Of a stretch of DNA of 64,000 nucleotides, positions 46,535 to 59,904 are shown in pieces (positions within the stretch are counted from its first letter, which is position 1; the number at the start of each line of letters is the position of its first letter). The stretch is taken from the NCBI GenBank assembly GCA_030390025.1, contig CM059431.1, positions 119,972,001 to 120,036,000 on the forward strand, given 5' to 3'. The position numbers and the translations under genes are program-made. The DNA comes from Squalus acanthias (Eukaryota). Under the pieces are notes generated by a model, which saw nothing but the letters and a program-made list of their open reading frames with translations, was not told where the DNA came from and searched no databases.

Positions 46535-48054
46535 TTTTATTAATTTTCAGAATTTCTCCTTTGAGTATTGCACAAGTGTGATTCTCACCTTTGTCGTTCC
46601 ATCATTAAGCATGTTCTATTCCTAGCACACTGTTGCCATAATACAAGACATCATTCATCTAAGTGAGTTTATAAAGCAAATATTTTGAAAAATAAGATGC
46701 CACCAAAACATGGTATTACTATACTTTTACATGACATGTGTGCCAACTATTTTTCCATTTAATCTGGTTAGAGTTTGTACCTGTTAATGATCTACAACCA
46801 TGTCAACGTTCAAAGTTTGGAGCAAGCAGATTGGAAAAAAAATACGCTTGCCATACTGGGCAAGCAAATTCTGAAAAAGAAAGTCTTTCAGAACTACATA
46901 AATAGAACAGGTTAAAACCCCATTGTAAAAGCTGCAATGTGGTTATATAGCAGAAAGCTGTTTACTTGAACACTATTTATTTGCAGCAATTGGTTATCTG
47001 ACCCAGCTGGACCTTTCAGCATGCCTTGTGTGGAATAATGATTTCATTTAACTATATATAATTTCCTGTATTGATGCAGTGAGACTCGCAATTAATATCT
47101 AATCAGTAATGCAAATTGTGTAGTTATCCAAACAGGACTCGTTGCTGACACCGACACCCACACCTTATCTTGTTTTTCAGAAAGGGATCTTTGGAGCTGA
47201 GGAGGTTTCCACAGAAAGACTACAGCCAATTATACAAGTCAATCGGGGCAGAGCTCAGACTTCTCCTGGCACCAGTCAAAGAGCTGCATGGGTAACGATC
47301 AGGGTCATTTGTCAACCCTCTTGACTATAAAGGTGGAGTCAAGCGCCCACAGAAATCTTTTGCGAGCAGGCGCTTAAAATCCTGGGCACAACCATAGCAC
47401 TTTTATTTGGTACACTGTGTCTGACAGCACAGCAGGCAATTTGGCAGTGGTCCAGCAGCATTTAGGGAGACCTTCCCAACCCACAAGATTTATTTTATTG
47501 TCCGTTAGTTTCCTGCTCATAACAGTAACATTTGTGGACACGTGTGAGAACAATTCTTAAGTACACCTAATAAACTGTCAATGACCAGTTGAAAACATCA
47601 AAGTAACAGCAAAATAAGCACAGCATGAACTCCTACGCATGCATGAACACGTTGGCAATCATTACATTCTATTTGATTTATGGTTTCTTTTCCTTCTTTC
47701 ATCTTACAAGTGAATGAAAATGCTTGCGGAGAAAGTCAAATTGAATTTGTGCCTGCTTAACAAACTGCTGCTTTAACTGTTTGAAAATCTTGATATTTCT
47801 TTTCTTCCAATGGCTGAAAAAACTCAATGCAATAAATAATTTATCCTTGACCAGAAAAAGTAAAAGGATCATTATGAGATTGAAATGACTGCATTTTTTG
47901 ACTTTGCCTTTGTACCATTTTGTGGAATCAACTGCTTTGGAACAAAGGAAAATCAGACTTTCTAGAAATGCTACATCGATCCTATTCCTTTTTTTTGCTC
48001 CAATTGTCAAGACACTACAACAGCAAATAAAGCTCCTTTCAGAAAAAATTTCAA

Positions 48055-48537
48055 GGGCTAAAAATTGAGTTGCGCCCCCTTTGGGGTGCTAACTTTGCCA
48101 GGGCGCTACTTTTAGCGCCTGGAAAAATTAGCATCCCCGCGACGGAAATTGAGTGGTAGCGCCTCAAGAGGGAAGCGGGGCGCTACTGGAAGGGGAGGGG
48201 CCTTGCGCAGCGCGACCCGAGGCCCAGCTGGGCCCCTGGGGTTCAGGAGAGCCGGCAAAAGAGCCCGGCACTCAAGAGAAGTGGTAGGCCCCCCTGACTC
48301 CGTCAGACATAGCGTCCGGCGGTATGTCAGGGGGCGCTACCAAAGATCGCGGCCGGGGTGCGAGCGGGGTGCTGCGCATGGCGATGACATCATCACCGGC
48401 GGCACAGCGCCACGGGACATTACTGGTTACTGCCGCCGCTAACCTCCCGCTGAATTTCGCAGAGGTGTTGACGGCGTCGTGCCCGGGCGCTAGTTGCTTT
48501 GCTAACGGGAGGCTCAAAGCAACCGAATTTTTCCCCC
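48055..48537. mobile_element. Harbinger MITE (GCGCTA-motif family)
   Basis: GGGCTAAAAATT / AATTTTTCCCCC termini and a CAA TSD on both sides. Confidence 0.85.
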
Positions 48538-51500
48538 CAAGCTTCTTGCAAGGCTCAACACAAAACATTTCCATAACAAGCAGCTTTCTCAGGAATGTTG
48601 CACAGATTGAACAAAAGTAACCTCCAGTTTCTGTTCAAGGCTCATCGGAGTAGATCTTGTCTTTGTGTGATGGCGTAAATCGGGAGAGATATAAAACGGG
48701 CTGCTGACTCACTATCACCCGTTTTACACTGTCGCAAACAGTAAAGATCTATCACATTGAATGTAGACATTTTGAGGAACAACTTTGTTGCTCTAGTAAC
48801 ATTATTTGCCAATTCACAAGGATGAAATTAAAATAACATTCACAGTCGTAGTATCTTAACTTTTTCCTACTTTATTTTGACCTTGTAGTTTTTATTATGT
48901 GATTGTATTTGATGTGTGGAATGATTTTCAGTGTAATGCATGCCTGTTTTATGTATTGGATAATTTTAATAAATATTAATATTTTGAAGGTACTTTGTGA
49001 TAATTTTCTCACAGCTGTTAAATTACATTTTTGGAATACTGTTCCTTTAAACCTAACCACATCTGAATCCAATATGAATTGCATTAGTGTGATTTATAAG
49101 TTATGAGTCGATTGCAGCACAGGCATTTTGTTGCTTTTCACTCTAGTGCTTATTTGTCTGTTTCTATCTTGCCACTTTCCCTCATAGCTAATCAGCCTAA
49201 TTGCCTTCTTTCTCACCCTGTTTTTTTCTCTCTGCCTCTCTCTGCTTATTAACCTGACTTGCATTCACTTATTTTTCTTTCAGTTGTTTCACCATTTCTC
49301 CCCTGGCATCAGAAATTCTGTTCTGCTACTTTTCCCACTGGACCCTTAATCTCCATCTGTTGAATTGGTTGGTGATCTCTCCATCTCTATCTTCTTGCTT
49401 TCACTGGTTGCCAGTAGGTGTCCTTTTCAGAGCTTTCCTTCCCACCCTATTTCTGATACTCCAACTGCTCTGCCTCCTGGTTTGCCTCCCTCTCACCATT
49501 TCCCCTCCCAACTGCCTGCTCTCCCCAACTGTTCTCTTCAGCTGCTCTTTACAGATGCCAACTTTGACCAATAACCATCTGCCATTGTGCAGCTTTGATT
49601 TATGCCGATTAAACAGATTTTTCCATAGGCTGCCATTTTTCCTATGGTGTAAATTGTTGGATAGAAAATTAGATGATTTGTGCTTTAGAATCAATTAATA
49701 TAATCATTAATTCAGTGTGGATTGTGCTGAAATGCCTTACTCCATGAAATACCACAGTACAAATAATATGTTAGTAATTACCACAGTCGTGCATAGTGCA
49801 GCACAAACACAAATGGAATCACAATGCAAAATGCAACACGTACTACCGCGAAACATTACCGAATTTAATCAACTGTAAATGGTCCAAGATGCATAAACTC
49901 TTAAAAATGGTTTCACTTAGTTACTCAAATTGGCAATATGTTTTTAAGTTGAACTACTGCATTGCTGCTGGCAAGTGTCTTACACAATGCAATGCCAAGT
50001 GCCTTTTATAGAATACATAAGGGTTTAGGCTGTCACTAACCAAATTGCTGTATTATATTGCTTTATAGTGCAACACTTTAGACATAATAGTCTAACCACT
50101 AAATCAGTTGGCTCAGCAATGAGTAAAAATGTCACTCTTTGAGGTATCGAACAAAAAATAAATAATGGCTTACCTATTATCAAAATAAAACAGGCAAATT
50201 GCTATAGTTCTTTGCGTTCTCCTTTTGGCTTAAAATGATGTAACTAAAATTTCAAATTGCCTACTGTGCAGTTCTCAAATATTGTACAAAATAGTTCAAA
50301 GCTTTTTAATCCTTCGACTGCCAGCAACTCTAGGGAATTCCAAGCTCCCTGAGCTTGCTATATTTTTTATTGAGATTTCAGCTCACATGCTATGGCACTG
50401 AACAAACACTATTATAATAATACCATGTCAGCAGTACCTCTGCTGCGGTAATGTTACTACAAAAGGAAAAATATTGACATTAAATTAAAAAGCTCAAAAC
50501 GCTTTTCTTCTGACCTCCCTGGCTTCGCTTCTTCCCCTATCTCTTGCTTTCTTTATTTTTTTATACTTTAACTTTGCGTTTATATTCTTTCTAAATAATG
50601 TACTTTCACTTTTTATGACATGTTTTTAAGTATTAAGTCACTTGTTTTACACTGCTACCAGGGTTTTATCATCTATTCTATTGGTGTGCTCCACTTCATC
50701 AAAACTCGGCCTCTAGTTGATTGAAAACCAGTCCAGATCCCTTTGTTCGACTAGTTGAGGCTCATGACATTAAAAATTGATGACTCCAATATTAATGTGG
50801 AGGCGGCTTCTCAGTGGGGGGTGGAGGTGGAATTGCGTGGGTGAAACACAGAAGTCAAGTCAACATGTTGGATTCTTTGATTTCAGCTTGATTGAGGCAA
50901 TAAATTTTGACTTCCAGCTTTCGCATCTCCAAGCTGCACAGTGGGCGTGTCGCGCACCTGCATGACACAATGTCAACTCTATTTAATGGGACAATTTAGA
51001 ATAGAATTTGGAGGAGCCAGGAGGTGTTTAGGATGGATGCACAGGGCAGCACCCAGATTTAATGATTCATCGCCCTAATTACTGCTGGGTGCAGTCAGGA
51101 GCAGGAGGGACATACATTTCCCCGCAATGGAAGAAACCTGCAGCTCTCACCAATAAGGTGTGGTTAGAGGTAGTTGAGCAGGTGAGCAGCAGGAGCGTTG
51201 TACCCCAATCTTGGATGCAGTACAGGAAATGATTTAATGACCTAACCAGGTCAAGAAAAGTGAGTACATTTGCTGATTCACCTACATCCTGTTGTTTAAG
51301 CCCTCGCCTCTTTCACTCTGTCTTGCCAAGTTTTCTCCATCACATCGCTCCTCAGACCCACTCAACTTTCAGCAGCACCCAGCCTTCACTCTCAATGCAC
51401 TTTATGACCTCCCCATTTGTTTATCCAATGTTGCCACTCACCCTAATCCTTATGCAACGTGATGAATCTGTCTCATAGTCATCCTCAGTGCATCCATCGT

Positions 51501-52308
51501 GTGAATACCTGACCTTCAGTCACTCACAGATCTGTTTCTTCGCCCCTTGTAGAAGTAGAAAGTGCAAACACAAGTGTGATTGAGAGGACTGGACGTGGGC
51601 CACCACAACTAGCCCAGCTCACAGATGCAGAGGAGGATGTCATGGAGATAAGTAGCACATCTGCACGTCTCTCTGGAACTCACAGATAGCTGGCGACAGA
51701 ATTGAAAAATCTCTGATACACATGCTGACGATGAGAAGACTGAGTATGGTGACTGTCAAGGTTGTTACTTTGCCACAACTATTTCATATCCTTTTCTTTT
51801 CTCTTCCAGGGCGTTTACACATACAGCAAGTGTAACTGGACATGCATGAGGACGCTTCTTCAGATTCCTCAGAGGGCCTCATTCCTTCTGAGGGTGCACC
51901 ATTACAGATGCACGTTGATAGATCCACTTAGATAGTTAGTTGGGTTTTGACCTAGTGATTCACAATTCACAAGTGAGCATTGACATGAATCTTGTAATTC
52001 ATGTGGAAATGACTTATGAAATAATACTGGGCGGCCTGCTGGTGGCGCTGTCCATGGAGAGTATAAATACTCGGGCATGGGCCCAGCTTGCGCGGGACAT
52101 TCTTAACAGGAACTAGTAAAGGACACAACTGGACCTCCATGTTGTAAAACAGTTGATTAAAGCTTTGTGTAACGCTTAGACCAAGTGCCTAGTAGTTTTC
52201 TTACGTCAATTTAATCAACTGGACCTGCTCCACGCTCTGAGTGGTTTTGGGAACAGACAGCTATGACTCAAACGGTAAAAAGGAACTGGATGTAGTAATC
52301 AAGCCATC

Positions 52309-53465
52309 ATGGAGAAACTACTCCGACCCGGCCGTCTTGACCTGGAACCGAATTCACCTACAACTGCTAAGGTATGGAAACACTGGTATCGTACCTTCAG
52401 CAACTTCCTCAGGGTGTGTGGTGAGAATGTTCCTGATAAGTTAGAGATACTTGCCAATTATGTATCCCCTTATGTGTTTGACTATATCGAAGACTGTGTC
52501 GACTATGACTCCACTATCCGAATACTACAGCAACTATATGTTAAGGCCCCAAACAAAATTTTTGCTCGGCATCTACTAGCCACAACTCGACAACAACCCA
52601 GGGTATCACTTGACAAATTCCTTCAAAAGCTTCACAGGCTCAGCAAAGATTGTAATCTCAAGGCTGTCTCGGCTGAGCAGTACCAGGAGGAGTTAATTTG
52701 TGATTCTTTTATTAATGGAATTGCGTCTCCCTTCATACGCCAGCGTCTGTTGGAGAATAAAACCCTTGAGTTACAAGCTGCCTATATCCAGGCATATTCT
52801 CTGGACTTGGCAAAAAAAATGCAGATGCCTATTTTTTACCACGTGCACGGACCGCTGCTATCACTTTTAGTGACTCCTCCGATAAGCCTCAGGCAGAAGC
52901 CCTCACTGATGATGACTCTATCCTAGCTGATGACGACCCTACCCTAGCGGCATCTTGGCGATCTAAAAGGAAGTGTTTCTTCTGTGGAGGTGCATTTCAC
53001 GATAAGAAATTTTGTCCTGCTCGTAATGCAACCTGCAATCATTGCAGTAAGAAAGGCCACTTCTCGAAAGTATGTCAGTCAAGAGCCTCTTCTAGGGTTA
53101 CAGCTGCTATCTATAAAACTGCTTCCCCCCCAAGAGCCACTACTAATGTTACAGCTGTCATCTATAAAACTGCTCCTCCCCCAAGAGCCACTACTAATGT
53201 TACAGCTGTCAAGGATAAAACTACCCCTCCTTCCATCACAGCTGTTTTTCCCCAAAGCCTGTCGCATGCAGCCACAAAGGTTTCGGTAAATGGACACATT
53301 TTGAGTACATTAATCGACTCATGCAGCTCTGACAGCTTCATCAGTGAGCAGGCTGTTAGTAAGTTAAAACTGCATATTTACCCCTCGGACAGGGAAATTG
53401 CAATGGCTCTGATGACGCTGACCACCAACTCTTCCAGCTTTTGTCTTGTCGACCTTATTCTCGAT
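52309..53465 (+). pseudogene. Gypsy gag and protease
   Basis: MEKLLRPGRLDLEPNS..WKHW, then a frameshift at the A-run near 52812. Twin Zn knuckles CFFCGGAFH..C / CNHCSKKGHFSKVC and the protease motif LIDSCSSDSF follow. Confidence 0.85.
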
Positions 53466-54420
53466 GGCCGCCTTTGGCTACACCATACAGTATCGACCCG
53501 GCAAGGAGAATGTGGCCCCGGATACCCTCACGCGTGCATTCTGCTCTTCCATGTCAACTTCGACTCTTGCGGATCTTCATACTGACTTATGCCAACCTGG
53601 CGTTACCCGTATGTTGCACTTCGTTCGATCTAAAAATCTCCCATTTTCTATGAGAGGCGTGAAAAGTACATGCTCCACTTGTAGAATTTGCATAGAATTA
53701 AAACCGCAATTCTTCCGTCTGCCGGATGGCTCGCTCATAAACGCTACACAGCCTATGCAGCGACTCAGCATTGACTTTAAAGGGCCATTGCCTTCCTCAA
53801 CGCGAAACAACTACTTGCTTACTATGGTGGACGAATATTCATGCTTTCCCTTTGCTTTCCCAATATGCTTACTTCCACAGTGATCAAATGCCTCGATCAG
53901 GTCTTTTCCCTTTGCGGTACGGCCAATTTCAGCCACTCTGAGCGGGGTCCCTCCTTCATGTCAAGTAAACTCAAAAGTTATCTTTCCCAACGGGGAATTG
54001 CCACAAGTAAAACAACACCGTATCATCCTATTGGAAACGGACAGGTTGAGAGATACAATGCTATCATTTGGAACGCTGTTCATCTTGCACTGAGGTCACA
54101 CAATCTACCAGACCAGCAGTGGGAAACTATGCTCCCTGACGCGTTGCATTCCATCAGGTCTCTTCTTTCTACATCCACCAATGTTACTCCTCATGAACAA
54201 TTCTTCGGGTTCCAGCGTCGCTCCACTCATGGGACGTCCCTACCATCATGGTTAGCAGCTCCTGGCTCCGTGCTGCTCTGAAGATTCGTCCGATCCTCCA
54301 AGAGTGATCCCCTCATCGACGAGGTGGAACTAACGGATGTCAATCCTACATACGCGTACGTGTGGTACCCTGATGGCCGGGAGTCCACAGTTTCACTTCA
54401 GGATCTGGCTCCCTGCCCAA
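53466..54420 (+). pseudogene. Gypsy integrase (with the connection/RNaseH tail), frameshifted
   Basis: YTIQYRPGKENVAPD, H..C(H)PG..CxxC, SIDFKGPLP..VDEYS, HS(D)RGPSF, PYHPIGNGQVERYN, TPHE.FFG. Confidence 0.9.
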
Positions 54421-55744
54421 CTGGTCCCACAGACCCAATCGATAGACGGACCCGTATTAACGACGCTGATACTCCGCGCTCCTCCGAGGATGACGCCCTA
54501 CCCGGGACATCAAGGGATCTGCCAGCTACTCCGCTGGATCAACCCGGGGAACAGAGCACTCCCTGTGGGATGGCCGTCCGAAGCCAGGACGCCGGTCAAT
54601 CACCGGCTACTGAGCAGGATGAAGCCAGCTCTGCACCTGTGGGGGCCCGCACCCGGAGCCACAATCTCCCCAGTCCCCTTCAGGTCGATCGAAGTGACAC
54701 GGGCTCTGTCAGCCCGCCGGTACGAACCAAGCGACCTAGGGACCAAGACACGGTCCGAGGAGACGTGTCTTCCAGCCACAAATGGAGATCCAAACGACTG
54801 CGGCTATTCATAGTCTGATTAATCCGATAGAAGGAAGTCGCCGGACTTCCAATCTTTCAGGTGGGAAGAATGACATGAATCTTGTCATTCATGTGGAAAT
54901 GTCTTATGAAATAATACTGGGCTGCCTGTTGGTGGCACTGTCCAGGGAGAGTATAAATACTCGGGCACGGGCCCAGCTTGCACAGGACATTCTTAACAGG
55001 AACTAGTGAAGGACACAACTAGACCTCCATGTTGTAAAACAGTTGATTAAAGCTTTGTTTAACACTTAGACCAAGTACCTAGTAGTTTTCTTAGGTCAAG
55101 CATGAGCAGACACTAGGGGCAGGGACAGCTGTGTAGAGTCCATGTCGGGAGGTGCAATCCTTTCTGAGCTCTACTCAGCCAGGCACAGATGCTGAAGCTC
55201 GGGGGCTATTGTTGAGAAGGAGAATGCTAGAGGTGCATGAGCAACTTTGCCAGATACTAAAAGACATGCCAAGCACACTCTTCACAATATTATGGATAAT
55301 AGAGGAGTCCATCTCGATCACTAGTGGATTGGTGGTACAGGTAATTGTGAGAATGTCTGCCATGGAGAGAGTGACCACCTCCATGGAGCTTCAAGCACAG
55401 CTCACAAATGAGTCCATGCAGGTCATTTGCACAGCCTTGCAGGCTTTGGATGCAAACATGTCTGCCGTTCAAAACAGGGTGACAGATACCTTATCCTTGG
55501 CCTTCCAACACATCACTGATCTTCAGCAAGCTAGTCTGCAGCAGAGTGATGTGGCATTGGCCCAGGAGAGGGATGATGTCAAAAGGAGACATGGAAGTGG
55601 GAACTCCACTCAAAGCGCTCCCACTTCTCACATGTTGACCCCCCCCCCACCTCAGTCAGTACCCGACATGCTGCCTCCTGTCACAATGGTGGGTCTGCCC
55701 CTGTCCAGGTGCAGGTGGAGCAGACTTTGGTGTGGCCCTAAGGG

Positions 55745-57056
55745 TGAAGGGATAACTACTAGTCCTAGCCCCTTTAGGGCTACCCCAGATCAGGTGTATT
55801 CCCCAGGCGTTCACTTTCAACTAAAGTTTGAGGTAGCCTGAATCCTAAAGACACTTAATTGGGTCTAAAGGTCTGGACCATCTCTCCCTAAAGGAAAAGA
55901 ACAACCTGAAAATGTTACCATCCTCCAGATAGCACTTTTAATAAGTTTAGCTAAACTGTAATGTTCCGGTAATTATGAGGGTCCGGAAAACTCTCCCAGA
56001 ATTCTGCAACTCCTCACCAAAGAGTGTACAGAGATTGAGTTTGCAAGTTTGATACAGAAGTCTTATGTGAGACAATTCTAAAAATATACAGATTTATTAA
56101 AGCACCGACATGTAATTACAGTAGGTGTTTCAATCGCAATATTAACAGATCAAAAAAGAGAAAGCTTACAATTCTTATTATCAGATCTTAACTTCATTAC
56201 ATTTTTACAGTTCTCAGTCTTTATTCCAGGATATCCACCAAAATCAAATACAGTACAATACCTTGATCCCCGAGGTACAAAGAGTTGTAGACTTACAGAG
56301 CCGCCTCTGAAGCCTGAGAATCACTTTGCCCCTTTACAGCGAGACTATCATCCCATTTGAAAGTTCAATATTTATACTCTTTTTCAGTGGTATTTCCTTT
56401 GAAGTTTTCTGCTGATGTAAGCTAATTATCTCTAGTCATTTTTCTGCTGACCCCTGCTACTCTTACAGTCACCTCAGCTGGTAGCAATGCAGAATTATGT
56501 CTCTACCCCAGGTGCCCCAAGCCCACCATATAAAAAGGTATAACAGCAGGGGCATCTATTTGATGTCATTTTTACCAAGGTCTTCTGTTTGTGTCTTTTT
56601 AAGAAGTGTAAATTAAAACACCTCAACCAGGGTGATCTATGCAATTCTTAGTCACCTCAGCTGGTTGTAACACAGAATTATGTCTCTCTAGGTGTTCCAA
56701 GTTCAACACAAAAACGGTTTGACGGCAGGTGTTTCTTTTACTTGATGTTATTTTTACGAAGGCATTTGTTTCTTAATTTTATGTGTTTCTTTCTGAATTG
56801 TAATTTAGAACACCTTAACAGGGTGTACCATTGTGTTCTTTCCAAAGCTTCAGACTTCAGGAGCCTCCAACCTCCTGTTTCAATAAGGTTATTGATTCAG
56901 TGTCAACAACTTATCTTATCCCAATAGCCTGAATGCTGCTACAGCTTCTCCATTGTTAGGCCTTCAGATTTCCAAACCCAGTTTGTCATGTTTTAATAAG
57001 GCCAGAATTCTTTCATAGAATGTTGTATTTTTCTGAATACGGCTTATTCCTTCACA
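55745..57056 (-). mobile_element. Solo LTR, second copy of the 12011-13290 family
   Basis: TGAAGGGAT...TTCCTTCACA termini and an AGGG TSD on both sides. Colinear with 12011-13290. Confidence 0.9.
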
Positions 57057-57097
57057 AGGGGAGCCAAAACCCAAAGGTCATTGGCCAAGAGCACCTC

Positions 57098-57320
57098 AAC
57101 AACAACAATAACTTGTATTTATATAGCACCTTTAAAGTAGTACAATGTCCCAAGGCGCTGCACAGGAGTATTTTAAGACAATAAATTTGACACCGATCCA
57201 CATAAGGATAAGTTAGGGCAGGTGACCAAAAGCTTGATCACAGATGTAGGTTTTAAGGAGCATCTTAAAGGAGGAAAGAGAGGTAGAGAGGAGGAGAGGA
57301 TTATGGAGGGAATACCAGAG
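57098..57320 (-). mobile_element. L2 LINE 3' end
   Basis: (AAC)n tail plus TTGTATTTATATAGCACC..GTCCCAAGGCGC, the reverse of the L2 tail at 43150. Confidence 0.75.
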
Positions 57321-57345
57321 CTTCATTTTGTTCATCCAGAACTGT

Positions 57346-58157
57346 GGGCTGGATTTTGTCAATGGGGGCGCATTGGGGACGGGACTGCTGGTTTTCGGGT
57401 TTCAGTCCTGCCCCCAACAAGTTCTGGCCAACCCATGCTATTTTCCCTTGATTGACCTTGTTAAGCCCGCCCTGCGGGCTTAGCCGGCCAATTAAGGGAA
57501 AGCCGGTGACAGGACGTCAGCATATGATGAATTGTCAGCGTTTGACTGCTTTGTGAAGCTGTCAAACACTGAAAATTTCTGTTCTAAGGTGAACCCTTGC
57601 ACAAAGATTCACCAAAACCTCTCTCCTCAAAAGAAAGCAGATGGCTGCTGCATCTGAGAATGCAGCAGCCATTCTGTCATCTCTGCTGTTGAGATGAGGC
57701 ACCTCCGGATCCCCAAGGGTTGAAGCCTGCAGGAAGAAGGAAAGGCAAGTAAACTTTTTCTTACACTTTACACTCACCTCTCATACTTACCTGTCCACAC
57801 TTGCAGCCATCACTCACCTCTACAGCGAACATTTCGATCCCTCTAACCCCCGCAGACCCACTGCTCGCCTCGCTGACCCTGGCGAGGTTCGCAGCCATCG
57901 GGAAGCCCGCACTTGCAGGGGCAAAATGGGGATAAGCACAAAACTGCCTTTTAACTACCTGTTAACAGGCAGTTAATTGGCTCTAATCCCCTTCCCGCCT
58001 CGAGGAGACGGGTCCCTGCGCGAGTCGGGGACCTGCCTCCGAGGAAGATGGCACGGAGGCAGGTTGGGAGCGGGATTGGTACCCGCTCCCAGTTTCCTCC
58101 ATTTTCCCGGCAGTCCCGCCTCCATACCCACCTCCCCAGGGCTGGCAAAATTCCCCC
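57346..58157. mobile_element. Non-autonomous Harbinger derivative
   Basis: GGGCTGGATTTTG left TIR and CAAAATTCCCCC right TIR, with CCCGCC subterminal motifs. The TSD is not clearly preserved. Confidence 0.55.
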
Positions 58158-58169
58158 CACATCAGACAA

Positions 58170-58580
58170 GCAGTCTGACAAGTTAGTCCTCAGCAGTCAG
58201 AGCAGGGATCTGAGCAGCCTGCCTCTACCTCTGCTGATGCCATCGGGCCCAGCAGGGAGCAGGTCTTCTTCTAGGAGGCTGCAGATGTCTGCCATCACCT
58301 GATGCGACAATCTGCGCCTCCGGAAGCACTGCTGTTCTGACACGTTAAGGAAACTCAGCCTCTGCCTGGGGTCGCGGGTAGTGCCTCCTGCAAGCTGCAC
58401 CTATCTGCTGCTCTCCTCATTGCTGCTCCCCTCTCTGTTGTCCAGCTCCAGGTCTGTCAACAGTAGGCTGTTGCTGCTGGTGCTCCCCTCTCTGACATCT
58501 AGCTCCAGGTCTGTCAACAGCAGCAGGTCACATTGCTCCTCGTCCAGGGTCCAATCTAAGGCAGCCAAGGCAGCCCCCAT
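58170..58580 (-). pseudogene. Harbinger transposase N-terminal fragment
   Basis: MGAALAAL..RQRLSFLNVSEQQCFRRRRLSHQVMADICSLLEEDLLP, parallel to 11235-11671. Confidence 0.7.
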
Positions 58581-59904
58581 CCTGACCTGAGTCAGAAAAT
58601 CTCCAAAGTGTAGAAATTAAACTTCTCAGCAAAAGTACTGTGAACACACCCTTTCCCACTGGTAGGTAAGAAAGCAGCTGAGAGTTCTGAGTATCTATTG
58701 CAGTATTTCCATGAGTTTTAATCAGCTCATTTAATTGTCGTTGTGTTCTCGCCTTGCTTTCAATGGCGATTTTCAGGAAACCCGTGGATGCAACGTTAAT
58801 GTTAAAAGTGAGTTGAAATATCACTCTAATTGAGCGATTAGCATATGTTAACAGGCAGCCCGCCTCTCCTGAAGAGGTTGCACGCAACCACCCTAACAGA
58901 CCAGAGTTCAATGCGTAAATTGGCAGGTTGGAGCCGGCTTCGCGTCGCGCTCGCATTTTTGCCGGCTTGAACCCCCCCCCCCAAACTGCACCCAAACCCA
59001 CACGCTCTTCCAGGTTAAAATTCCCCCCATAAATTCTTACAGCTTCTCAGCATTTTATTTGATATGGTGGTAAATATGTGAGATTTATTTCTCATGGAGT
59101 TCCTAGTGGCATGTTTGAAGGTGAGTTCAATAGAAATTATAAGATGAACTATACGGGTGCTTTTTCCTTTGGAGTGGAATCAGTCTTTTTGAACGTTGTC
59201 CTGAATTAACTGTATCAAAGCAATCTGACATTACAATAAACAATACGTTAATGGCCTAGGAATAGTATCACCTCTAAGCGACATTCTCCCCTCCATCAGT
59301 TTTAATGGTTTTTAACATCCAATGACAGAGGAAATTACATTTTCAGGCTATTATCACAAGGAGGAGAGCTGCATTGGAAACAAGTAATGAGCTCTGAGCT
59401 AGCCAGACATAGACTGAAGCAATAATGACAATACATTTAGGATAGACATTCCATTGAAAGAGTTGACCACCATAATTGCAATGCACCAGCATTATTGCCA
59501 GCAAAACAAAATCTCATACAGGAACAGTTGGTTGGAAGTAAGCTGTCTTGATGATGGAGGTGATCTGAGGATTGAAGCTCTGCTCAATTTGAATAGGATA
59601 TCAAGGTTTTTCCTGGCTGGCTTAGCCTAAGCAGGTTTTAGGGAAGTGAATGGAGTCAGTAACAAGGCTATGGGGTTTATGACAAAAGGTGGAGGCAATT
59701 TTGATTCATCCATAACTTTGGCCTCAATTTTAACTCGGGGATTGATGCATGCAGGGGCCAGGGCGAGTGTCAAGCTCACATGCTGAGGCCTGGAGGGACT
59801 TGAATGTTAAACTTGAATCCAGAGGGTTCAAAATTCTAATGTCAATCTGATACAAAATTTGGAAACCTATAATGCTGGTTACCAAATGGGATGGAATCTG
59901 TATT

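Larger units (their letters stand above)
51981..55098 (+). mobile_element. Ty3/Gypsy LTR retrotransposon, RT/RNaseH-deleted
   Basis: 228-bp LTRs at 51981-52208 and 54871-55098 (TGAC...GTCA; about 15 substitutions by manual count). AGCAT 5-bp TSD and PPT AGGTGGGAAGAA at 54859-54870. Confidence 0.95.
51033..57097 (+). pseudogene. Harbinger Myb gene, with exon 3 interrupted by a Gypsy element and a solo LTR
   Basis: Exon 1 reads RAAPRFNDS..VWLEVVEQVSSRS..SWMQYRK*FNDLTRSRK then GTGAGT (about 51260). Exon 3 starts near 51810 and resumes at 55104 (RRRMLEVHEQL..MERVTTSMELQ). Confidence 0.7.
50782..59027. mobile_element. Probable single decayed Harbinger hosting several nested insertions (boundaries tentative)
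   Basis: Myb gene on plus at the left, transposase N-terminus on minus (58580-58170), and the TIR AAAATTCCCCC at the right. This is the same convergent layout as the other copies. The left TIR is poorly preserved. Confidence 0.5.

Noticed and set aside
12011..57056. The two homologous LTRs as ends of one giant 45-kb provirus
   Set aside because: Each has its own distinct TSD (CTAA vs AGGG), so they are independent solo LTRs.
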